Source: Bispira polyomma (taxonomy: Eukaryota). From it: a stretch of 64,000 bases of DNA. Made by a program: the position numbers and the translations under genes. Below the pieces are notes generated by a model. That model saw only the letters and a list, made by a program, of their open reading frames with translations, searched no databases and was not told the DNA's origin. Within the stretch, counting starts at the first letter, position 1. Each line of letters opens with the position of its first letter. The stretch covers positions 30,132,001-30,196,000 of the forward strand of contig OZ287750.1 of NCBI GenBank assembly GCA_965649765.1. The letters run 5' to 3'. Below, piece after piece: positions 54,800-64,000 of the stretch.

Positions 54800-55516
54800 G
54801 GCCCGTATTCACTAAAGTTCTTTTACTTAGAATAATTCTTATACTTAGAAAATTTTCTATTTTAAAAATTTTGTTATTCTTATTCTTAGAATAAAAATTT
54901 TCTTAACTAAGAATTGTGAAAAGCAATACATAAGAATGACAGGGGCCGTATTCACTAAAGTTTTTATACTTAGAATAAGAATTTTTTTGTGTTCACTAAA
55001 GTTCTTATACTTAGAATAATTCTTATACTTAAAATTATTCTTAGAAAAATACTTATACTTAGAATTTTTGCTTATTCTTATAAAGTTTTCTAAGAATGAG
55101 GTTTGATTCTAAGAATGGTCAAGACCTTACTTAAGTTAAGAAAAAAACATAGCATTCTTTGTGCAAGAAAAGCTAAGAAAATTCTTATTCTAAGTATAAG
55201 AATAAAAAATTCTTAGAATAGAAAATTTTCTAAGTATAAGAATGATTCTTATTCTAAGTATAAGAATGATTCTTATTCTAAGTATAAGAATGATTTTTAT
55301 TCTAAGTTTAAGAATTATTCTTATTCTAAGTATAACAACTTTAGTGCATATGGCCCTATGTCTTTTTCTTTACTTAAGTAAAGTCTTGACCATTCTTAGA
55401 ATTAAAGCTCATTCTTAGAAATTTTTCTAAGAATAAGCAAAAATTCTAAGCATAAGAACTTTAGTGAATACCAAAAATTCTTATTCTAAGTATAAGAACT
55501 TTAGTGAATACAGGCC
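54800..55516. mobile_element. Harbinger-like foldback MITE with CTG TSD, containing a second nested or rearranged copy (54943-55356)
   Basis: ctg|ggcccgtattcactaaagttc ... gaactttagtgaatacaggcc|ctg; internal ttcttatacttagaataa repeats in both orientations. Confidence 0.85.
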
Positions 55517-55649
55517 CTGGTCTCTCTGACCATTCCCCCAAGCTGTGGGGTACGGCTATTTCTGATGCTATTTCTTTTGTAGTTTGGTGTCGTGTAGTCC
55601 GTGGTCTGTAAAGCCCTTAAGTGGCTAAAATTAGCACATCTGTTCTTAA

Positions 55650-56280
55650 TGGCCCAGTCACACCTACACATGTAGGAGCTACGTGTGTGTGACGTTTTCA
55701 AATGTTTTGCAACCTAGTTCAGACGTAGTAAAAAGTAATACAAAAGTGAGGATCCCTGGCGCGTTGTTTCCGAACGTTGCCGAACGGATGATATCGTTCC
55801 AAAAATGTCTCCGCTTGGTCTGCTACCATGATTATTTGAAACTGTTTGAAACAATTGTCTCACAGCTCCCGTTTCTCCACGTTTCTCTGTTTGTCCCAGA
55901 ACGTTACCGAAAATACCATAGATGTATCAGTAAGTAGCTCTTTATAGTAGTAGGTAGCAAGGAAGTCCCAGTAAGTAGTGAGATCATCTCCACTCGTCTT
56001 CTTTAATCAAAAACGTTTCACTATGTAGCAGAAGGCAACAAAACGCACCAGTAAGTAGCAGTATTGTAGATCTACGTAGAAGAAGGTAGTGATATCCTAC
56101 CCAGTAAAGTGTTAGATTTTTGCCCCCGCTTCTTGTGTATAAGTACCAACATCGTCACGAAATGTCACAATCGACTACACCTTGAATATGACGTCACTTT
56201 GACACGTAAGTACCACATTTTCAATTTATATTGCTGTGCTACGTTGGGGGACGACATCACGTGTAAGTGTGACTGGGCTA
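55650..56280. mobile_element. PIF/Harbinger-like MITE with TWA flanks
   Basis: taa|tggcccagtcacacctacac ... gtgtaagtgtgactgggcta|tta. Confidence 0.8.
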
Positions 56281-56897
56281 TTATGGACGATTAGACATTT
56301 GGAGGAAGAAATATAAATTCCTGAATATTTTATTTAGTACATACCTGTTTAAGAACCATTGTATGATGACCATAATTTTATTAATTTTGTGACAATTAGT
56401 AAACATCAACAGTCGTAAAACAGGTCTTATAGTATTAATATTTTGCAGAATAATCTGGTACATGAAAACATGGCATATGGGAATTAACTACAAATCACAT
56501 AAAAGAAAATGATAAGTCCGATTTATCAAGATTCCAGTAGTAACTTCATCTTTTCAATCTACAGACTTGTTAGTACAGGAGTGCAGTGTGGGTGATGTTA
56601 GTTTGTTCTGGGTTATACTTCATGAGACATTTTACAAAGGAAGGCAATCTATTAGGAGAATACTAGAAGTTTGTAGCCCATTAAGTATTCAGTATGGCCT
56701 AAGGAAAAAGAGGCTTGGGAATTTTAGCATATAGCTGACAAATTTCAAATCATTTGATCAAACTCTATTGGGTTTGGGAGTTGCAAAAAGGTGAAAAGTC
56801 ATTTCAGAATATGCTACCTAGACAGATTATTCTTTGGCCCATGCCCTAATTTGTTCCACTAAGTTTCATGCAAATCTGTTCAATAGTTTTTGCTTAA

Positions 56898-57774
56898 GGC
56901 TTTAGTAACGTAAACACAAAAAACGATTGCCGCTAAACCACGTTACGTGTGCTTGAGCTTCTCAGAAATTACACAACTTTTTCTTTGTGGCCTTAAACTC
57001 GATTTATGGATAACATATTTACATTTTCATAAGTAGAAATAATAAAGAATGACCTATATTTTAATTATATATTAATTCATATATTTTACGTATCATTTTA
57101 ATAGGTAACTTGAGACATACAATACATACAGCAGTGTGTCAAATTGTAACTAAAATGGGTAATATTTTCAAAGTACATGCCTCACAAATGTGACACAATT
57201 CATATACCAAGAAGGGATCAATACTGAAGTATTGTACATGACTAGAAAAAGGAAAACAGCAGCATTACTTTGAATGAATTTGTTTTGTATATAAGTACAA
57301 AAACGGGGATAATTTTAGAAAAACATTAAAGTTTCACTCTTCTAAACAGAAAGATGTTTTGTATTCTTCGTTTTTGTAAAATAAGGAAACATATTGGAAA
57401 ATGTAAATCATTCAAAATAATATACACGTTTTTTAAAGTTGTGTAGCATATATATTGTGTTCATATATGCTGGATCAATACTCGAATTGTATCACAATAG
57501 AAAGGCATCTCTGGGAGAATTGTTTACAAATATGACGTTCCACCATAGATTTCAAATTGTGTGACGCCACAATAAAAGATTCGCTATACTACTGTTTTAA
57601 TCATTTTTTAATGAAATATTGAGGTTTTAAATTGTTTCTGCATATAAAAATAGTTAAAACGGTCATTAAAGACATATTTTAAGGCTGCCATAGTGGGTAG
57701 TTGTGGTTAAAATATTTTCGTAAGTGCAGTATAATCTACGAGCCGCGCATTTGTGTGTTTACGTTACTAAAACC
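56898..57774. mobile_element. Kolobok-like MITE, copy 2
   Basis: ttaa|ggctttagtaacgtaaacaca ... tgtgtttacgttactaaaacc|ttaa; TTAA TSD. Confidence 0.9.
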
Positions 57775-58720
57775 TTAATAATGTTGATAAACATTAGCTA
57801 ACCAACAAATATGGATGACAACATAACTTCCTTCAAGTTGGTTGAGGTAATGGGGCAATTAGGTATTATACCAAGCCTTTTTGCAACAAGATATTTACAG
57901 AATGGAGATGATGGATAAATAATAGATTGAAGTGGTTGGTTTGGACTTTAGGGACAAGGGTTTGGGTGGCATGTGTTGAAATTGGCCAATTCCTAGAAAT
58001 ATTAAATATCTCGGACATTTTCGGTCCTGATCAAAAGTCTAAAACTTAAACTCACAATAATGTTAAAAAATATATCCTGCACAATCTTTGTATACAATAA
58101 ACATATCTAAAAAGTAACATCATATTCTCACTGATAGGTCTATTAAATTTAATGGTAACTTGTCTATGTTATTATTCCTATTAATCATTAAAGGAAATCT
58201 ATATTTGTGGCATTTGAGTTTTAGCATAAGTTTAAGATGTTTAATAAAAATGATCTCTGAGCTTTAGAACTATGAGCACAACCCCTGAGTCAACAAGTAC
58301 AGAAAAATTCCCATGTGACACTATAAATAATGGGATCCATAACTACTAGCACTGCATTATCCCTATCTGATCTATCACTGTAGTTCTTATGGAATGTGTT
58401 TTGTGTAATTAATACTGTAACAATATACTACAATCACAATCATTGCTATTGATATCCATTTATATATACCAAAAAGAAGTGTAATGTGTTTCCTCTCCAT
58501 GTTACACCTAACAAACCCGAAAATACAGCTGAAGTTGTCATTCAAAGAAAATGTAATGTAGTAGCATGGTCTGGCTCTTAAAGGCAGTTTGAAGTTTGAC
58601 CTTAGAGTTTTTATTGTTATTCCCCCTTTAACAAGTTGGAATGTTAGTTCCTTTAAATTTAAATCATGACCTTAAATTTGTAAATATGAATTGATGTAAG
58701 AGTATATGAGTTCAGTATTT

Positions 58721-58960
58721 GGTCTCCCGTGGTCTAGTGGTTATGGAGTTGTTCCTGTGATCAGGAGGTCCCCGGTTCATCTCCTGCTAATTGCCACTAG
58801 TTTTATTGGTGGGTTAACATCCCAGAGCAAGATGTTTACATACCTTTGCCTAGTGGCTCATATAACAACTTAAAATGGCGGTCCTTTGTCACTGGGTCGT
58901 AGCCCAAGTGGCAGGCGAAAAATCCTTTCAGATGTAGATAAATGTTCATCCCTTAAAGCC
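58721..58960 (+). mobile_element. tRNA-derived SINE family B (minus-strand relatives at ~26025-26207 and, split by a MITE, ~23140-24176)
   Basis: ggtctcccgtggtctagtgg...gatcaggaggtccccggttca head; reverse-complement heads end gggagacc at 24176 and 26207; shared ttgccta/caagatgt body; 3' boundary approximate. Confidence 0.7.
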
Positions 58961-60060
58961 TCTCTCTCCAATTAGGGGAATGATAGTAACTGATGCTGGT
59001 TGGCTGTTGGCAATCAGAAAAAGGGTTAATTAGCGCTTTAAATACCAGATAAAGGTTATGATAGATACAAATTCATCACTCATAGATTTTCTAATGGATG
59101 TCTTTGTATGACTCAATTTCATGTAGCATGTAAAATCATTAGCCATTGTTAGGGTTTTTTCTAAATTCACTTTTATTATTGCAGTAGACTAACTGTAACA
59201 AAGAGTAAACATATACATGTACATTGAACTTGAGGCACTCTAGTGTCCTTAATGTTTGTATCTAGGCTGCTTATACGGAGATTGCTGTGTTCTCTATCTA
59301 TACTAAGCCATTGTTCTATATCATTCTGTATAGTAATGCATTGTGTGACAAAAGTTACTTTTATCCCAGCTGGGCTGTGGGTGTGGGACATAATAAAAAT
59401 GAGCAGAAGAATATTCAAGGCTTTGCATTAAAGCTTAACATACATATATAATTTTGGCACTTATTATCTTCCAACCACATCTCCTGTAATATAATCAGTG
59501 TTAGTCACACTAAAAAACTATTCAGAAGATGACCTCAGGTAAATCTAGAAATATCACAACAAATAGAACTGTATAGCTTGAAAGAATTTTATATTCAAAG
59601 AATAAAACAGTTTTAACATTTTTTATCCAAGATGAAAGCGAAATAGAGAGTTGATCATTACCAACAACAAGTAGCAAAAACTGGTTGGGTTCTTTTCAAA
59701 ATTGAAGCCAAATCTACTCTACATAAAAATTAGCCTAGTTATCAGAATTATTGATAATTTTTAATGTTTGTGCTTCAATTACACGGAGCTAGAGCTATAG
59801 ATTGGAGTGAATGCCTTTAACAGCCACAATGCACTTGATGTCTGAAAATGCCTGAATTTTTCATATCATCAGTGAATGATGATGCATAATGGGCAGGTGA
59901 GGGTTGATTATTCCTGCCTGGCAAAATGTATGAAACTGAATTACTGCTGTGACAATGCTATTAGTACCACCCCAGGCCTATTTAGTAGATTGATTCAGGG
60001 GAGCATTCATGTTGTAAATGGTGTGTGGGCATTAAAGGTGGAGCTATTTACTAAAATTTC

Positions 60061-60145
60061 AGCCAATCAGGGACTGGCTCCTTCCCCCTAGAAGCAGTGA
60101 TGTCACTGCTGGCGTAAGCAATGGTTGGTGGTGTTGAGTATATAG
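60061..60145 (+). promoter_or_regulatory. Candidate Pol II promoter of the neuropeptide gene (CCAAT box, palindromic CRE-like site, TATA-like box)
   Basis: AGCCAATCAG at 60061-60070; palindrome AGCAGTGA-TG-TCACTGCT at 60093-60110 with core TGATGTCA; TATATAG at 60139-60145, about 440 bp upstream of the ATG. Confidence 0.55.
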
Positions 60146-60585
60146 CTTTAACTTTTTGGTGATGCAGGGAATGAAGGCAAATTGCTACTAGGGAGAACTG
60201 AAAGGTAAACAAGTTACCTACATGCAGCAAAAAAAACAAAAAAACTTGTCAATTGATTTGAACTGTGTTTTAAGAATGTGATTTCATTCCCTTGAAAAAC
60301 GAAAACCCGGTATTTTATTAAGAACCAAAAGTGATTTTATAGACGACATGACTTTGTAGATATTCAGAGCTACTGTGTGAAAGGATTTCTGTCTAGTGTT
60401 TCTGTAATTGCTATAACGGAGGAGAAAATAATTGCAAACAAATTCATTCAATAATAAATGTATATATGTGGTATATATATATATATATATGTAATATTAG
60501 GCCCAACTGTAATTTGAAGGAATTATTGCATTTTTAACCTGTACGTCGGCATAAACTTTCGACTGGACAAGAACATAAAAGGATA

Positions 60586-63141
60586 ATGATGAAACACAGC
60601 ATTTTTTTCCTTATTTTTGGTTCTTGCATTATTTCGAATTTAGCTGTTGCAAAAGTTTGCAACTCTGTTAATTTAAATGATGAGTTTTTTAAGAAAAACA
60701 AGGATGTAGTGGAGTTGTGTCCGTCTGATCAACATAAAAAAGAAACTAAATTTATGTTTAACGGCCTTGTAACTGATAAAGGATGCAATCCGCTTGAGGG
60801 AGCCGAAGTATTTGTGTGGCAGTCAAATCTGGAGACATATCTTCACGAGACAGAATTGTGTTCAGCACGTGTGCATTCCGATAAGAATGGAGTTGTTCGT
60901 ATTCAGTCCATAGTTCCTAAACAAAGAAATACTCTGTCCGACCAAAAGCCAGGTATACGGTTTGAAATTGTGTACAAAGGACATCAGTTTTTCAAGAATT
61001 TTTATTTCTCGGATGAGAAGAATAAAGTTTTGGAAGATAATGTGATTCACGTAGATAAAGATAAAACCCAAGATGGCACCTTGACTTTTCAATACACATT
61101 TTCCCTGCCGAATGGTGACCTCAGCCGCAGAAGGAGAGACATAGACATGGGTGATTCAGGAGCCAGTTGGTTTGATAAGAAATGGAATGACAACGCCATG
61201 AGCTGGTTAAAGAAGAGAAGTACCGATGCCATTTACGATTGGCCTAAGAGAACACAAGCCTGGCAGGAAGCAGATGTGAAGTGGCTGAAGAAAAGGGACT
61301 GGGATCACTCCGCACTACACTGGCTGAAGAAAAGAGATTCAGGAGACAGTAACTACTGGCCAAAGAGGACATGGAATGATCCAGGGATGTCTTGGATGAA
61401 GAAAAGTGACTGGGATAACACTGGAGACTGGTTGAAAAGAGGCTGGGGCAGTGATATGGCTTGGCTGAAGAAAAGAAGTCCTGATAGTAGTGACCTGCAG
61501 GAAGCTATAAGTCATTTGGACAGTTACCTAAAGGATAGCGTTGCTGGTAACCTCCAGAAGAGGATGTGGGGTGATTCAGGCATGCACTGGATTAAGAAAC
61601 GAGACCTGGAAAGTGTGAACTCTAAACTGGTGGAAAAGCGCTCTGTATTAATGGATAATAAAAATAAAGAAGGCGGTGTGGTTAATGCTGCCCCTATTAA
61701 ACCTAAAAATGACATGAAAGAGAAGAAACTTTGGGATGATAGTGGCATGGCTTGGATTAAGCGGGATAATAGTAAAGGGCAGGAAAAGAAAGGCTGGGCT
61801 AATTCAGGTATGTCTTGGCTTAAGAGGGAAGATAGGGATGATAAGGACAAAAAAAGCTGGAGCGATTCTGGTATGTCTTGGATGAAACGGAAGGGTGGGG
61901 ATCCAAAAGATAAAAAGAGTTGGAGCGATTCGGGTATGTCTTGGATAAAACGGGACGATGGGGATGATAAGGACAAAAAAAGCTGGAGCGATTCTGGTAT
62001 GTCTTGGATGAAACGGGAGGGTGGGGATTCAAAGGATAAAAAGAGTTGGAGCGATTCGGGTATGTCTTGGATAAAACGGGACGATGGGGATAATAAGGAC
62101 AAAAAAAGCTGGAGCGATTCTGGTATGTCTTGGATGAAACGGGATGATGGGGATGATAAGGACAAAAAAAGCTGGAGCGATTCGGGTATGTCTTGGATGA
62201 AACGGGAGGGTGGGGATCCAAAAGATAAAAAAAGCTGGAGCGATTCTGGGATGTCTTGGATGAAACGGGATGATGGGGATGATAAGGACAAAAAAAGCTG
62301 GAGCGATTCGGGTATGTCTTGGATAAAACGGGACGAAGGGGATAAGGACAAAAAAAGCTGGAGCGATTCGGGTATGTCTTGGATGAAACGGGATGATGGG
62401 GATGATAAGGACAAAAAAAGCTGGAGCGATTCGGGTATGTCTTGGATGAAACGGGAGGGTGGGGATCCAAAAGATAAAAAAAGCTGGAGCGATTCGGGTA
62501 TGTCTTGGATGAAACGGGATGATGGGGATGATAAGGACAAAAAAAGCTGGAGCGATTCGGGGATGTCTTGGATGAAACGGCAGGGTGGGGATCAAAAAGA
62601 TAAAAAAAGCTGGAGCGATTCAGGTATGTCTTGGATTAAGAGGGGAAATGAGGATGAGAAAAATAAGAAAAGTTGGGGCGATTCAGGTATGGCTTGGATG
62701 AAGAGGGATCCATTAGATAAAGAGAGTTTAACAGATTCAGGAAAATTATCGATAAAAAAAAGAAGTGGGGAAGCTTTTGATACTAATTCGCTGGCTTGGA
62801 TGAAAAAAAATTGGGGTTCAGGTGACATGCGTTGGATAAAACGAAATCAGAACGCCCAGGGTAGGAGGGCATGGGGTAACGAAATGGCTTGGATGAAGAG
62901 AAACAACCCGAGTAAAAAATCATGGGATGATTCAGGGATGTCTTGGATTAAGAAGAGGGAAGAATTTCCGTTCAAAAAGAGCTGGGGCGATGCTGGGATA
63001 TCCTGGATTAAACGGGGTGATGACCCTATGAACCCAGACAAAAAGAGCTGGGGGGATGCTGGGTTTTCGTGGATTAAAAAGGACGATGGGAAGCTTGACC
63101 GCTCCTCGGTAGGAACTTCTTCTGTAACGGACACTAGGTAA
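60586..63141 (+). CDS. Secreted neuropeptide precursor (851 aa): signal peptide + degenerate intradiol dioxygenase-like domain + ~28 non-amidated W-X5/6-W-[M/I/L] peptides (MIP/Wamide-related, WI-peptide type)
   Basis: Single uninterrupted ORF; hydrophobic N-terminus with AVA|K cleavage at about aa 22; aa 55-143 match the intradiol dioxygenase pattern (GxVxDxxCxPLxGAxVxVWQ...Y...SDxNG...SIVP...YFxD); RRRR at aa 181-184; repeated peptides flanked by KK/KR/KKR with acidic spacers. Confidence 0.93.
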   Translation: MMKHSIFFLIFGSCIISNLAVAKVCNSVNLNDEFFKKNKDVVELCPSDQHKKETKFMFNGLVTDKGCNPLEGAEVFVWQSNLETYLHETELCSARVHSDKNGVVRIQSIVPKQRNTLSDQKPGIRFEIVYKGHQFFKNFYFSDEKNKVLEDNVIHVDKDKTQDGTLTFQYTFSLPNGDLSRRRRDIDMGDSGASWFDKKWNDNAMSWLKKRSTDAIYDWPKRTQAWQEADVKWLKKRDWDHSALHWLKKRDSGDSNYWPKRTWNDPGMSWMKKSDWDNTGDWLKRGWGSDMAWLKKRSPDSSDLQEAISHLDSYLKDSVAGNLQKRMWGDSGMHWIKKRDLESVNSKLVEKRSVLMDNKNKEGGVVNAAPIKPKNDMKEKKLWDDSGMAWIKRDNSKGQEKKGWANSGMSWLKREDRDDKDKKSWSDSGMSWMKRKGGDPKDKKSWSDSGMSWIKRDDGDDKDKKSWSDSGMSWMKREGGDSKDKKSWSDSGMSWIKRDDGDNKDKKSWSDSGMSWMKRDDGDDKDKKSWSDSGMSWMKREGGDPKDKKSWSDSGMSWMKRDDGDDKDKKSWSDSGMSWIKRDEGDKDKKSWSDSGMSWMKRDDGDDKDKKSWSDSGMSWMKREGGDPKDKKSWSDSGMSWMKRDDGDDKDKKSWSDSGMSWMKRQGGDQKDKKSWSDSGMSWIKRGNEDEKNKKSWGDSGMAWMKRDPLDKESLTDSGKLSIKKRSGEAFDTNSLAWMKKNWGSGDMRWIKRNQNAQGRRAWGNEMAWMKRNNPSKKSWDDSGMSWIKKREEFPFKKSWGDAGISWIKRGDDPMNPDKKSWGDAGFSWIKKDDGKLDRSSVGTSSVTDTR
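61826..62640 (+). repeat. Coding tandem repeat, 63-bp unit (one 60-bp unit), 13 copies, encoding spacer-KK-SWSDSGMSW[M/I]-KR
   Basis: Near-identical units aaaaaaagctggagcgattc(t/g)ggtatgtcttggatgaaacgg read directly; 9 copies end in WM and 4 in WI. Confidence 0.97.
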
Positions 63142-64000
63142 AATCAAATTATAGTCATGTTTGGACACATAATTCCCCACTTGTTTTATTCTTGAACTAC
63201 AAACCCATAAAAAAGCAATGTGATATTATTGATCCCTTTTTTGGGGGGATGGGGGAAGGGGAAAGGGAGGGATGGGGGTCGGCATTTAATGACAGCTGGT
63301 GTGTATGGCTTTTGCTTGTATATTTTTGTCGTTATGCAAGCAAAAAAGTTTCAGTAACCTGAAAGCTGGGGGGTCAGTGCAGCAATTTCTTAAAACAACT
63401 TTTTCCTATGTGTCAGTTGAACTACTGAGTGTTATTTCTGTATGAAACTCTTAGCAATCGTTTTCCCCTCAACAGCGTTTCTACATTAAAATAGCAAAGT
63501 TAAACCCTCCCAAAATCAAGAAGCCTCGTGTTGGCATCTCATCACTGTCTTCTAAATAAGGGCAATTTCCCATCATATAAACTCCGAGAGTGAGTCTAGG
63601 GCGGAAACTGGACACATTGTAGTGGAATTAGATCAATCAATCACTCAACATCAGCTACTTTAACCGTATAGTAACTCGAATCAATCTGTAATTTGCTTCA
63701 TCAATTTGTAATTTCCCTTCTGAAACTTAATTTGGCCACAGTTGCGTTTCTTTCTCCATCTCACTATTGGGGTTTAACACATGTTTTTGCAAAAATAATG
63801 AGAATATTAAGTCACTCGTTATTTGAAAAAAACTGTGTTTTAGATTTTAATTAAATCTTAAGGAGGTCATTGAACAACTTTTTACATACACGTATAAAGA
63901 ACTGAAAGTTAACAATAACGTAAATATTAAAACAAGAACGATGTGTTATACTTTTATGTGAACCTTGTTTGTTTAAATCTATCTTCTAATACTGTAATTT

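Noticed and set aside
61826-62640. CRISPR-like appearance (constant repeat with variable short spacers)
   Set aside because: Eukaryotic context, no cas genes, and the 'spacers' are related to each other and in frame within a protein-coding ORF
61524-63180. Long antisense ORFs (338, 216, 188 aa and others) over the neuropeptide gene
   Set aside because: They follow from the 63-bp repeat lacking stop codons on the reverse strand; no signal peptide, domain or independent evidence
1-64000. Intronic miRNA or snoRNA genes
   Set aside because: By-eye checks for conserved bilaterian miRNA sequences and paired C/D boxes gave nothing convincing; an Infernal/Rfam scan is needed to exclude them

Overview
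AT-rich animal genomic DNA, probably an invertebrate such as a mollusc or other lophotrochozoan (inferred from the repeat landscape and peptide family). Six consecutive internal exons of the cytosolic phenylalanyl-tRNA synthetase alpha subunit gene (FARSA) lie on the + strand from 470 to 26429, all with canonical AG/GT junctions and a continuous reading frame. I found no further FARSA exon in the remaining ~37.5 kb. That stretch holds an intronless 851-aa + strand ORF (60586-63141) encoding a secreted neuropeptide-type precursor: signal peptide, an intradiol ring-cleavage dioxygenase-like domain missing most iron ligands, a furin-type RRRR site, then about 28 non-amidated W-X5/6-W-[M/I/L] peptides (MIP/allatostatin-B-like spacing, 'WI-peptide' type), 13 of them SWSDSGMSW[M/I] in a 63-bp coding tandem repeat. 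The rest is intron filled with tRNA-derived SINEs, L2/CR1 and L1/Tx1 LINE fragments, several MITE families, Helentron-like non-autonomous elements carrying satellite arrays, probable solo LTRs and minisatellites, with several nested insertions. Family assignments come from motif recognition, not database searches.
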